Origin: a virus
Taxonomy: Duplodnaviria; Caudoviricetes
Strand: one strand, 5' to 3'
Virus record (IMG/VR): IMGVR_UViG_3300025867_000005
Length of the DNA stretch: 64,000 nt
Made by a program: the position numbers and the translations under genes. Below, one piece after another: positions 9,527 to 19,062 of this stretch (position 1 is its first letter; each line of letters starts with the position of its first letter). The notes below the pieces were generated by a model. It had not been told where the DNA came from. It searched no databases and saw only the letters and a list, made by a program, of their open reading frames with translations.

Positions 9527-11962
9527 ATGATTATTAAAAATATATTCTTTATAGTATTATTATCATGTATTTCTGTCTTCGGACAAATCTATCAGATGCC
9601 TAATACTGATGTTACTAATGGATTAATTGCTCATTATAAATTAGACGAAATGTCATATGATGGGACCGCTGGTGAAGTTAAAGACAGTAGTGGTAATGGG
9701 AATAATGGGACTAGTTATGGAGGCGTTCTTACCAACCCTGGGAAAATAGGCAGAGCGGGATATTTTGATAGTGTAAGTCATATTAATGCCATGTTACCTT
9801 CCGTATTGGAAATGCCAGTATCCTTATCATTATGGGTTAATTTTGAAGAAAATAAATTAATCACATCAGTTTCAACCGTTATTTCTTTTGAATCGTATAG
9901 GCCAAGAATCAGTTTTACGACATATAGAGGATATCTTTCGTATGAAATATATCATTCAAGTCTAGGCGGAGATATTATATTTAAAGTAGGTAGCATAGGG
10001 GATAATAAATGGCATCTAATGACACTAGTACTATCATCAACAAACTCTATATGCTATGTAGACGGGACTAAGAATATGCCATTGATTGATGCTGTTTGTC
10101 CTTCGTTTTTAAACGGTTGGATTCGTCTAAGTTCAGTGACTGATGATAATTCCCAAAAATTCAATGGTCTTATTGATGATGTCCGTATTTACGACCGAGC
10201 ACTGTCTCCTGAAGAAGTCATTAAACTTTACAATCTAGGATTTCCTAAGAAACAGATAGTGGTATATAGTCCTAAAACTATTCCCTATGAATGTCTTCCC
10301 ACAAATGGACTGATTGCCCATTGGAAGCTTGATGAAACGAGTTATAATGGAACTCAGGGAGAAGTTAAGGATAGTTCTGGAAACGGAAATAATGGGACAA
10401 GTCTTGGACATGTAATTACCAATCCAGGAAAGATTGAACGCTGCGGGATATTCGATGGCCTAGATACGGGAGTGTATGTGCCCGCCCTTGACAACTATTT
10501 AGACACAAAATCCGCCGCTACATTTTCTTGTTGGATTAAAACATCTAAAGTCCAGCATCGTAAACTGATCTTGGGATGGTGGTGTTCTTATGATAATTGC
10601 ATAAGGCTTGAAAGCGGATATTTACGTTTTTTTTTGAAAACAGACACAACACCATATTCAACAATACAGATTGAAGAATCCCAAATAAATGATGGAAAAT
10701 GGCATTTCTTATGTGGAACATATGACGGCGCGAAGCAAGTGCTTTTCGTAGATGATGATTTTCAATCGGTTGATCTGACGGGTATCATAGTGTCTCCCGA
10801 CATATTTGGGTTTGGCACTATCGGGACTCTTTCTGAGTATAGCTTTGACGGTTCTATAGATGATGTCCGCGTCTATAACCGTGCTTTGTCTCATAAAGAA
10901 GTTCAAGAACTTTATAACGCTAGACCGATTAAGGATTCAGCAGTAGCAGTGTATAGTGGAAATACATTGGTCAGTAATCCGTTGAAGAAGGATTACCCGA
11001 ATACTGTTTCGGAGAATATCGAGCCGGTCACGCTGACATTTAAGTATGTCAGCACATATCCAGCGGCCATAACGATTGGTAGAGGTTCGTATGGACAGCC
11101 TGCCGATCCGTCCAAAGCTCTGGTAGACGCCGGTGACGGCGTGTTTGTACCGTGGACAAGCAACACGATAACGCTCAAAGGTAAGCAGATCAGATTTAGG
11201 GGTGACTGGCGCAATACAGCAGGAAACTTCATGGAATTGTTCAGTAGCACTTTCATTGGCGGACATTATGTCACAATGTCAGGTGGGTTTGATTTTGAGG
11301 GTGCGCCAGCGGCCTACATGTTCCAATCCACTTTCTATGGCTGCTCAAATCTGACAGGTCCGATTCCATCTGGTTTGTTCGGCGCGATTTCTGGCACGCC
11401 AGCGGCCAACATGTTCAATAGCACTTTCACTGGCTGCTCAAGGCTGACAGGTCCGATTCCATCTGGTTTGTTCGGTAATATCTCCGGTGCGCCAGCGGCC
11501 AACATGTTCTATGTCACTTTCTATGAGTGCTCAAATCTGACAGGTCCGATTCCATCTGGTTTGTTCGGTAATATCTCCGGTGCGCCAGCGGCCAACATGT
11601 TCAATAGCACTTTCACTGGCTGCTCAAGGCTGACAGGTCCGATTCCATCTGGTTTGTTCGGCAATATGTCTGGCACGCCAGCGGCCGACATGTTCAATAG
11701 CACTTTCACTGACTGCTCAAGGCTGACAGGTCCGATTCCATCTGGTTTGTTCGGTAATATCTCCGGTGCGCCAGCGGCCAACATGTTCAATAGCACTTTC
11801 TATAGGTGCCCAAATCTGACAGGTGAATCCGCCTTGATGCCAGACGGCACAACACACTTATATGAGCAGTTTCCGACTGCCAGCGGAACTGACTGTCAGC
11901 GATGCTATTACAACGCGACCGGGCTGAACGATTACGCGACAATGCCAAGCGCGTGGAAGTAA
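9527..11962 (+). CDS. Secreted protein with two LamG/concanavalin A-like domains plus an LRR array, paralog 3
   Basis: Signal-peptide-like N-terminus. Two copies of NGLIAHxKLDE...KDSSGNGNNGT...WH...IDDVRxYxRALS, then an FRGDWR domain and 31-aa repeats. Confidence 0.85.
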   Translation: MIIKNIFFIVLLSCISVFGQIYQMPNTDVTNGLIAHYKLDEMSYDGTAGEVKDSSGNGNNGTSYGGVLTNPGKIGRAGYFDSVSHINAMLPSVLEMPVSLSLWVNFEENKLITSVSTVISFESYRPRISFTTYRGYLSYEIYHSSLGGDIIFKVGSIGDNKWHLMTLVLSSTNSICYVDGTKNMPLIDAVCPSFLNGWIRLSSVTDDNSQKFNGLIDDVRIYDRALSPEEVIKLYNLGFPKKQIVVYSPKTIPYECLPTNGLIAHWKLDETSYNGTQGEVKDSSGNGNNGTSLGHVITNPGKIERCGIFDGLDTGVYVPALDNYLDTKSAATFSCWIKTSKVQHRKLILGWWCSYDNCIRLESGYLRFFLKTDTTPYSTIQIEESQINDGKWHFLCGTYDGAKQVLFVDDDFQSVDLTGIIVSPDIFGFGTIGTLSEYSFDGSIDDVRVYNRALSHKEVQELYNARPIKDSAVAVYSGNTLVSNPLKKDYPNTVSENIEPVTLTFKYVSTYPAAITIGRGSYGQPADPSKALVDAGDGVFVPWTSNTITLKGKQIRFRGDWRNTAGNFMELFSSTFIGGHYVTMSGGFDFEGAPAAYMFQSTFYGCSNLTGPIPSGLFGAISGTPAANMFNSTFTGCSRLTGPIPSGLFGNISGAPAANMFYVTFYECSNLTGPIPSGLFGNISGAPAANMFNSTFTGCSRLTGPIPSGLFGNMSGTPAADMFNSTFTDCSRLTGPIPSGLFGNISGAPAANMFNSTFYRCPNLTGESALMPDGTTHLYEQFPTASGTDCQRCYYNATGLNDYATMPSAWK
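11305..11824 (+). repeat. Coding tandem repeat, 93-bp unit, about 5.6 copies
   Basis: Units begin GCCAGCGGCC at 11305, 11398, 11491, 11584, 11677 and 11770; consensus PAANMFNSTFTGCSRLTGPIPSGLFGNISGA. Confidence 0.97.
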
Positions 11963-12001
11963 TGCGGCGGTGAGGACTGTTTAAACAGGAGAATTTTGAA
12001 A

Positions 12002-12295
12002 ATGAGCGAGGCATCATCTACCAAACAGAAACTAGACGAATTCCGGGCGTCGTTGCCGCCTGGCGACGAGCACACCGAGCCGACGCGGGAAATGCTCAGG
12101 GTTACGTCGTACGCCTGTAATGGTGCGCCTGACAAGCAGCAGGCCCTTGCTAACGCGGTTGTCGCATTTCAGTCATTCGGAGGACAATTAACTGGATTCG
12201 TTTATGAACAAATAATCTACACCAGAGACATAAGTGATGAAGAACTTCAACAGGTAAATAACTATTTGATTAAGAAGTGGAAAATAAAATTCTAA
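12002..12295 (+). CDS. Short chimeric ORF whose C-terminal part is an orphan LamG-like domain end
   Basis: AGGAG upstream. GC-rich first half, then AT-rich GFVYEQIIYTRDISDEELQQVNNYLIKKW, typical of a LamG-like C-terminus. Confidence 0.5.
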   Translation: MSEASSTKQKLDEFRASLPPGDEHTEPTREMLRVTSYACNGAPDKQQALANAVVAFQSFGGQLTGFVYEQIIYTRDISDEELQQVNNYLIKKWKIKF

Positions 12296-12307
12296 GGAGA
12301 GTAACAG

Positions 12308-13036
12308 ATGCAATACGCTAAATTCGTTTCAGGCACAGAAATAAAATTACCGATAGAAGAAGATTATCTTGAAGATGGCATTACGTTTAAAGACCCAAGC
12401 CTATGGTATGAAGTCATTGAATCTTCTAAACCTACAGATGTCAGTGTCTTCAAAGATTACGTCTGTCATTATTCCCTAGTTTCTTGGAATTTCGGAGAAC
12501 CTAAACAAATAGTCCAGTCTTGGAAAACTGTCATAACGGAACCGGTTGGAAGAGTCGGGAAGCTTGTTGACGGCAACATTATAATGCCATCAAAAAATGA
12601 AAAGATCAATGGTTCTATCATCTGCAATTATGATAGGCTTCCCAACAGTAGAAAAATGGAAGACGGATGGATTCTTATTGAAGAAACGGAATCCCCTACC
12701 GATGGAAAGTCATATGTGCAAAAGGGTGAAATAATCCCAGATGCCGTCTATGGAAGCCGGATTAAAATCGTTTGGGAAGAACAGCCGGAAGTCGTCCCTG
12801 TAACCAGACAGAGAGTTCTGGATTTACGTGCAAAGTATGTTTCTACAACCCACAGTCTTTGTCAATTGGCAGGAGTTGAAGTCAAAGACAAGCTTGAAGA
12901 CACTGAATATGAAACCACGGTTATCAAGGCGATGTCAACAGATGCAGGTACCGCGATGATGCTTACTCAGACCATTATGTATTGTTTCTTCCAGCTCAAA
13001 ATGGAAGACGGAGGTGATGCATGGGACAGGATATAA
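12308..13036 (+). CDS. Hypothetical protein, possibly a fibre-assembly chaperone
   Basis: AAGGAG RBS, 242 aa, lies after the fibre genes. Function inferred from position only. Confidence 0.45.
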   Translation: MQYAKFVSGTEIKLPIEEDYLEDGITFKDPSLWYEVIESSKPTDVSVFKDYVCHYSLVSWNFGEPKQIVQSWKTVITEPVGRVGKLVDGNIIMPSKNEKINGSIICNYDRLPNSRKMEDGWILIEETESPTDGKSYVQKGEIIPDAVYGSRIKIVWEEQPEVVPVTRQRVLDLRAKYVSTTHSLCQLAGVEVKDKLEDTEYETTVIKAMSTDAGTAMMLTQTIMYCFFQLKMEDGGDAWDRI

Positions 13037-13269
13037 AACAGTATTTTTATCTTGAATCACCGACGAGAGGATATGTCGGGATTACCAACCTTTTCAAGTT
13101 GAATATGCAGATTATCTTCAATGCTACAGACCCGACGTTTTTCAAATCCAAACAGAAATGTGAAGATTTCGCGAAGATGCTTTGTTATCAAGTCGCCGAT
13201 ATCGAAGTACGGAGCACCGATGGTCTTGAAAATTGGTATGTCAAATTGCTAGAACTTTACGCGATTTAA
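13021..13269 (+). CDS. Hypothetical protein
   Basis: GGAGGTG RBS, overlaps the upstream stop. Confidence 0.55.
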   Translation: MGQDIKQYFYLESPTRGYVGITNLFKLNMQIIFNATDPTFFKSKQKCEDFAKMLCYQVADIEVRSTDGLENWYVKLLELYAI

Positions 13270-13272
13270 TCA

Positions 13273-13638
13273 CTATTCATTTAAAAACCGACCGGAAAAC
13301 GAAATGAACTTTTCGTACACTCGGTAGGATTTTTCACCTAGCACATCAAACAGTTCTGACAGTAGATTCAAAACCCGCTGTAAGCTATAAAGGGAAAGGA
13401 AGATTGTCAAACTTACGGGATAAAAAATGGACATCTTCACGCCTCTTTTTGAAATCCTTATCTTCTTCTTTGAAACGCTAGAAATGATTACTATCGGACA
13501 AAAGAAAAATGAAAAAAGGGAAGCTTTCATCGTTTTACCAAAGCCGGTAAATTCATATGCATAGGAGTTTACTGCAAAACAGAAACAGTCTGCGACATAC
13601 CAATATACCAAGATTCCGATTAGCCAATAATTAGACAT
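13273..13638 (-). CDS. Hypothetical membrane protein
   Basis: Several hydrophobic segments; overlaps the end of thyX. Confidence 0.55.
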   Translation of the reverse strand: MSNYWLIGILVYWYVADCFCFAVNSYAYEFTGFGKTMKASLFSFFFCPIVIISSVSKKKIRISKRGVKMSIFYPVSLTIFLSLYSLQRVLNLLSELFDVLGEKSYRVYEKFISFSGRFLNE

Positions 13639-14182
13639 TACGATATTCCTTTAATTTCTTCTGTGCTTCATCTGTATTGATCCATCCGCAAGGCTTCAAT
13701 TCAGGGCAGAAACCCCTATAGATACATTCTGGTACACAACAGCTTGCAAGTGCCGGGTCTGCCGTCTTAAGAGAATCCACAACGGCTTGCCATGCCTGTC
13801 TGGTTTCCGGACTAGCTTGGTTACAAAGCCTGCGGCGGCTGATGAACATAATTGCTTGTGCATTGGCTTCGCATTCATGCTCTACCAAAGCGCCTTGCGG
13901 CAATTCGTCTCTATTCACTCCTGTCCTATCACTTCTCTGTGTTCTTACCCAGTGTTCAATACCGAATTTATGCCTGACAATGTGCGTCGAACACCAATAC
14001 TTCAAGTCCTTCCACTTCCAATTAAAAACAAGCTTACGGATAGGAGAATGTTCAGCTAGCAACATTTTCCTTTTCCAAGTGTCGCTCGGTTCATTTGTTC
14101 CTGGTTCCATATGAATAGTCGTTCTTGCTGCATCTGCCACTTCCCGCCATGTTCCCTTAGATTTCATATTTTCAACTTGCAT
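13631..14182 (-). CDS. thyX: FAD-dependent thymidylate synthase (ThyX-like)
   Basis: AEHSPIR, THIVRH, RTQRSDR and RRRLCNQASPETR motifs; ends in PECIYRGFCPE. Confidence 0.8.
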   Translation of the reverse strand: MQVENMKSKGTWREVADAARTTIHMEPGTNEPSDTWKRKMLLAEHSPIRKLVFNWKWKDLKYWCSTHIVRHKFGIEHWVRTQRSDRTGVNRDELPQGALVEHECEANAQAIMFISRRRLCNQASPETRQAWQAVVDSLKTADPALASCCVPECIYRGFCPELKPCGWINTDEAQKKLKEYRNV

Positions 14183-14183
14183 A

Positions 14184-14651
14184 TCATTCTCCTATCACAA
14201 AGCCATTCTCTTCAAAAATAGGCCTTAGTTTGTTTTCGAACAACTCTTTAGAAACAATTCCGTCTTTAAGAAATTCGGACTTGCTTATCATTGACGGACA
14301 GTAGGTTTTCTTTATTCCGGCAAGAAGTTCGTACCAGCTAGGCAGACCACCGAAATTCCTGTCATCGATATAGATATCCGCGACTATTTTCCTCGGATCA
14401 TAACCTTCAGAAATCTGTTCAGAATTGGTGTTAACTCCTTTGAAGCAATACAAAATCCCGTTTTCTTTAAGAAAGTCCATTGCTTCTTCCAACGACTTTC
14501 CATACCTACAGGTCCAAAGCCTGAGTTCGAAACCCAGCCTGTGAAGTTCAGAAACAACTTCTTTACAACCGGGTCTGAAAACGAAAAGGTTTCCACATCC
14601 TGGTTTTGTAATTGTGCCGTCAAAGTCTATCGCGATTACGGGAATCTGCAT
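14184..14651 (-). CDS. HAD-superfamily phosphatase (phage type)
   Basis: IAIDFDGTI, LWTCR and KIVADIYIDDRN motifs. Confidence 0.85.
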   Translation of the reverse strand: MQIPVIAIDFDGTITKPGCGNLFVFRPGCKEVVSELHRLGFELRLWTCRYGKSLEEAMDFLKENGILYCFKGVNTNSEQISEGYDPRKIVADIYIDDRNFGGLPSWYELLAGIKKTYCPSMISKSEFLKDGIVSKELFENKLRPIFEENGFVIGE

Positions 14652-15139
14652 TAGTTACCCGTACTTCCGAATCCGTTGCCGCTTCTGATGGTGTTCAAGG
14701 CATCCATATCTTCCCCGCTTATTTCAATAGTCAAAGGAGATTCAAACCTGACGACGACCAATTGCGCGACTTTATCTCCTTTATTGACGGTATAAACACT
14801 GGTTCCGTGATTGATAAGGATTACCTTCAATTCGCCAGTATATCCGCTATCCAAAATTCCCGGTGCGTTTCCTACCGTCAAGGAATATTTGCTGGCCAAT
14901 CCCGATCTCGGGCAAACCAAGCCGACACATCCGGAAGGGATTTTCACACGGCATCCAGATCCGATTGTTACAGATGTTCCAGGTATGATGACGGAATCCT
15001 CATTGCTGAAGATGTCAAATCCTGCATCCCCCGGAAGCGCCTGAAGAGGGATTTTGGCACCTTCTCCTATTTTAGCTACTTTTATTTCCGTTATTCCGTT
15101 CCTCTTGCAGGCACAATCTTCAATTTGTTCTCTCGGCAT
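14651..15139 (-). CDS. dut: Trimeric dUTPase
   Basis: All five motifs present: DAGFDI, PRSGLA, GILDSGYTGE, AQLV, RSGNGFGSTG. Start placed after AAAGG. Confidence 0.95.
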   Translation of the reverse strand: MPREQIEDCACKRNGITEIKVAKIGEGAKIPLQALPGDAGFDIFSNEDSVIIPGTSVTIGSGCRVKIPSGCVGLVCPRSGLASKYSLTVGNAPGILDSGYTGELKVILINHGTSVYTVNKGDKVAQLVVVRFESPLTIEISGEDMDALNTIRSGNGFGSTGN

Positions 15140-15155
15140 TTTAGACCTTTCCTTT

Positions 15156-15180
15156 TTTTGATAGTTCATACCCATTATAG
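15156..15180 (+). promoter_or_regulatory. TTTTGATA-N12-TATAG candidate late promoter
   Basis: Identical spacing and downstream box at 56691-56715. Confidence 0.5.
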
Positions 15181-15230
15181 ACGGCAAACCTTAAGTTTTC
15201 AGATCAGCCGTCAGCAAAGCGGAGAAAAGG

Positions 15231-17132
15231 ATGTCATTACAAATAACAGAAAAGGATTTCAGATTTTACTTGTTTATGTTAAAACAAGTTTCTTCTGCCT
15301 ATGCCACCGCTCCCGATCTTGATTTCAGCGGGATGACAACCAAAAAATTCTATGACAGTATTTATGAAAACGGAGTGGCATCTGTTTGTGTTCCTCTTGT
15401 AAATTCAACAAATGCCTGTGACAATATTAACTATGTCTACGATCTTACTTCTTTTTCCCTATATCTTACAGCGATTGATAATGCCTTCGAGACATATTTT
15501 TCTGATTTTGGAAACGGAATCACATCCATAGGAACATTTATGTTGGCGAATGACCTTTCTGTCAACCAAGTAACTGACAGTTTCTATTACGACATAGTAG
15601 GTACGCATTTCTATTCCGGAACAGTTTTCAAACCAGAAGGAACGGTGCATTATACCTACACATATGATACAGAAACAGATTCTTGGACTGGTGCGTATAC
15701 AAACAGAACCTATACGGGAACCGTTTATTCTCATTCCTCAACTTCCGGTCTGATGACTAAGCCTCAGAAAATGAAACTTTCAGCAAGTCTTTCAGACCTT
15801 CTGGTCCTTGCTACTTTTGAAACAGAAGGTGAAGATTACAAGATGATTGCTTTCCTGGACAGTGACGGAACCGCCGTAACTACTGAAACAGAAGTTATTG
15901 GACTTTCTTCCATTGAAATCTTGAATCAACAGACAAACGATTTAAAAGATATCGCGCTTCTTGACGGTTGCAACATTCAAGTCAAATATACAACCGATTA
16001 CGAACTATCCGACAGTTTTACAACGGTTGCAAGTTCTTCCACAACGCTTACCCACGGAACACGGATAAAGGGGAGCACAGGATCTTACATCATTCAGAAC
16101 CAGGATTTTAAATACCTTCTGTTTGCAGAACCTGCTGAAGGATATTATTTTACTGGCTGGACAAACGGCGGAGCCAATCCCAAATATCAGTCTTATCCTG
16201 ATGCTGAGGACGTACCTTTGTTTTCTGCATATGTCAATGTCTCATCCAGCACCGTTTTAGACGGGACAACGGGAACGGTTTCAGATATCTCTATTGATTA
16301 TATCGGCAAACAACCAAAGACAAGTGGAACCCAGCAATTCATCCCTTGTACCTTCTATCCTACGGCGATATACGATGATACCAAATACATCGTTGTATCT
16401 ATCGGATGGGCTGACAATCTCGGTGCAAGCGGAACCCTGACCAACGGACAATCTTTTGAAATTACAGAAGGACAGACCCAGATTGATTTCACCTTTACCT
16501 TCAAAACAGCGGCGATTGTTTCCATTACGTCTTCCCCTGCTTTAATCCCTGACGGCTACAACCTTCACACGTTGCCAGCGGCATACGTCCTTAATGGTGG
16601 TGGCTATAAGCCTTCGAATGCCGTAGGCGACGTTGTAGACATCAAAGCGTGGCTTGCAGAAAACCTTCCTTCTTCTATCTATGTTTTCAACAGATGGTCA
16701 GATGCAGAAGCCGGCAATTATTCGGCGATCAAAGCTTCCCAAACCCTGACGGCTGAAAACAGTTTTCAAGTCGAATTGGTCAATCTCGGGGCAAGTCCTG
16801 TGGAACATACGATTGTTCTGACGGCCGGTAACACATATCCGAATTTCAAGGTCTATGACTATACCAACTTGAATAGTAGCGGTTCTCCGACAGAACTCCA
16901 AAAAACGATAGGTGGTAATCCGGAAATTCCTTATGCCGTTTATCACGGTGCCAATATCCTGTTCCGTGTGTCACAAGGCGGTTCTGGGTTGGAAATGTTC
17001 AAGTTCACAATCAGTCTTGACGGTAATGTCATCCATACAGAATCCGGCAATCCGAACACCTGGACATATGACATTGTTATGACTGCTATTTCCGCAAATC
17101 ATACAATCGGATTATTGATTGAAAACATTTAA
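15231..17132 (+). CDS. Putative virion structural protein, 633 aa, with B-repeat-like beta domains
   Basis: AEPAEGYYFTGWT and YVFNRWSD motifs; N-terminal domain paralogous to the next gene (AFxTYF...FMxxNDLxV...PE). Confidence 0.6.
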   Translation: MSLQITEKDFRFYLFMLKQVSSAYATAPDLDFSGMTTKKFYDSIYENGVASVCVPLVNSTNACDNINYVYDLTSFSLYLTAIDNAFETYFSDFGNGITSIGTFMLANDLSVNQVTDSFYYDIVGTHFYSGTVFKPEGTVHYTYTYDTETDSWTGAYTNRTYTGTVYSHSSTSGLMTKPQKMKLSASLSDLLVLATFETEGEDYKMIAFLDSDGTAVTTETEVIGLSSIEILNQQTNDLKDIALLDGCNIQVKYTTDYELSDSFTTVASSSTTLTHGTRIKGSTGSYIIQNQDFKYLLFAEPAEGYYFTGWTNGGANPKYQSYPDAEDVPLFSAYVNVSSSTVLDGTTGTVSDISIDYIGKQPKTSGTQQFIPCTFYPTAIYDDTKYIVVSIGWADNLGASGTLTNGQSFEITEGQTQIDFTFTFKTAAIVSITSSPALIPDGYNLHTLPAAYVLNGGGYKPSNAVGDVVDIKAWLAENLPSSIYVFNRWSDAEAGNYSAIKASQTLTAENSFQVELVNLGASPVEHTIVLTAGNTYPNFKVYDYTNLNSSGSPTELQKTIGGNPEIPYAVYHGANILFRVSQGGSGLEMFKFTISLDGNVIHTESGNPNTWTYDIVMTAISANHTIGLLIENI

Positions 17133-17145
17133 TTAGAGAGAAAAT

Positions 17146-19047
17146 ATGGCAACAACACTTACAAAACAGAATCTAGCGAATATCTTTGACAGGGTTCTCG
17201 ACATCTTCGACACTTTGAAATCTGAACAAGATTCTCTGTTCACGGCAATACAGACTTGCAATATTGACTTGGCAAGTCATTTTTCTTATCGTGGAGAGGC
17301 GGACATAGAAGCACCGTTGATGCTAGCGCTTCAAAATTACAGGGATTATGTCAAGACCTGCACGACAGGATATACAAGCCTTTCAAGGTATGCTCAATTC
17401 CGCACCATGTTCACAGCATTCAGTACGTATTTCAGAACAGAGACCGTGCTTACCGACAAAACAATTAACGGGTTCATGGCTTACAACGATCTTAAGGTTT
17501 CAGACAAAGTAAATAGGATCTACCAAGGGATAACGGGCAATTACCTTCAGGCGAGAAACGTATTGCCTCCTGAAGACATGGCTTTCGCTTCGGCGGTTTC
17601 CGTTATCCCTTCCATTGGCGCAGATCCGATATGGCAGATTTCATTACCTGAAACTTCAGTTTTCAACAACACAAGTTATGTCGCTACTTCTGTAACGGGT
17701 AATACCTATAGTCCTTTCCCGATAAAAATAGTTCCGTCTGCTGAACTTACAGGGGTTGTTTTTACTTTGACATGGAGTGACGATACAACCACGACTTTTG
17801 ATTTCTCCTCAACGACACTCCCGGTATCCGGCTATTATGTAGAGACTTATCATTCCGGAATAAAGTCAATCGCTTTGGTTTCGGGAGTTATAGGAAACAT
17901 AGGCTTGACCTTCTATACGAATTTCACATACGTAAAATTCTTGTCACCTTTGGGATGGTGCAATCCTGGTGAAGAAATGATTCAAGCATATTTAACGGAT
18001 GTCAACGGTATCCGTTTGTTTTTCGGCAATACCCAATTCGTTCCGAAGAACGTTTTGGCACAACTGTATCTAAGGATAAAGCCGTCTCTTTTGGGAGACC
18101 TTAACGGTACATTCTTTATAGGAAACACACAGCTTAATTTAGGAACGGATGATGGAACCGGTTGGTATGTTTCCACGACAGAAATAACACCGACAGCGGT
18201 TGTCAATGTTCAGGCAAAGTCATTAGAAATAGCGCCTCTTCCTGGTGGACCTGTAGCGTAGTCTTTCACCGGGACCGTAGACGGAAGTTTTGAAAACCAA
18301 AACAATTACACTCCTGTTGGAACACCGACATCTATAGACACTGTAGAAGTAACAGTCGGACAGCCGTCTGGACTTTCGGGAACTCTTGCTTGTTCTTCTT
18401 TGAACCAATCAGGAAATTTTTCTTCAGCGATATTTAGAGAATCTGCAACAAACAATGGCAACATAACAGGACTGGCATCCTTCTATCCTGGAGGTAGTTT
18501 GGGTTCTTGAAGTTATCCTTCAAATAGTGGTGGAACTTGTGCTGCCGCTCAGTGTTTTTGGCTTCAAGCGGATAATGACTTAGGTGGAACCGTTACCAAT
18601 GAATATTATTGGGGATATCTTGACAATCCAAATCCTTCAACAGACTTTACTTACGTAGATGTCGGTGATTATATTGAAATAACGGATTCTTTTGCAATGA
18701 ATGAAAATGTTATTGTCCCATCTACAATTGACGGGAAATCTGTAACAACTATTACTATTAACCCTCAATCATATATGAAGACTCTGTATTTGAATGAGGG
18801 AATAACATTGTTTAAACCCTGGTTTTCAGACACTCTGATAAAAAACATAAGTGTTCCGGCAAGTATAGAAACAATTGAACCTGGTATATGGAATGCGCCT
18901 GTTTCAGTTGCCATGTTTTTTGAAGGTAACGCTCCTTCTTGTTTAGGGACTCCCGGTGGCGACAATGGTATTGTTATCTACCGACACACTGGTTCTACCG
19001 GGTTTGATGTAGCCCCTTGGAATGCTTATCCACAAATTGTCTACTAA
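17146..19047 (+). pseudogene. Paralogous structural gene with two in-frame stops (TAG 18259-18261, TGA 18508-18510); either pseudogene or readthrough product
   Basis: ORFs 17146-18261 and 18697-19047 share a frame. The intervening frame reads as protein and contains the start of the BspA-type domain. Confidence 0.7.
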
Positions 19048-19062
19048 GGCAACTGAATATGC

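Noticed and set aside
11305-11824. CRISPR array or DGR template/variable repeat
   Set aside because: Units are in-frame 93-bp coding repeats without unique spacers. Differences are not confined to adenines, and no cas or reverse transcriptase gene is in the window.
14612-15322. Long antisense or alternate-frame ORFs (also 20864-21697, 23425-24072, 27345-27911, 37129-37800)
   Set aside because: They shadow well-supported genes on the opposite strand and lack RBS or recognisable motifs.
18697-19047. Independent 116-aa gene
   Set aside because: No RBS, and its domain begins upstream in the same frame; treated as the 3' part of 17146-19047.
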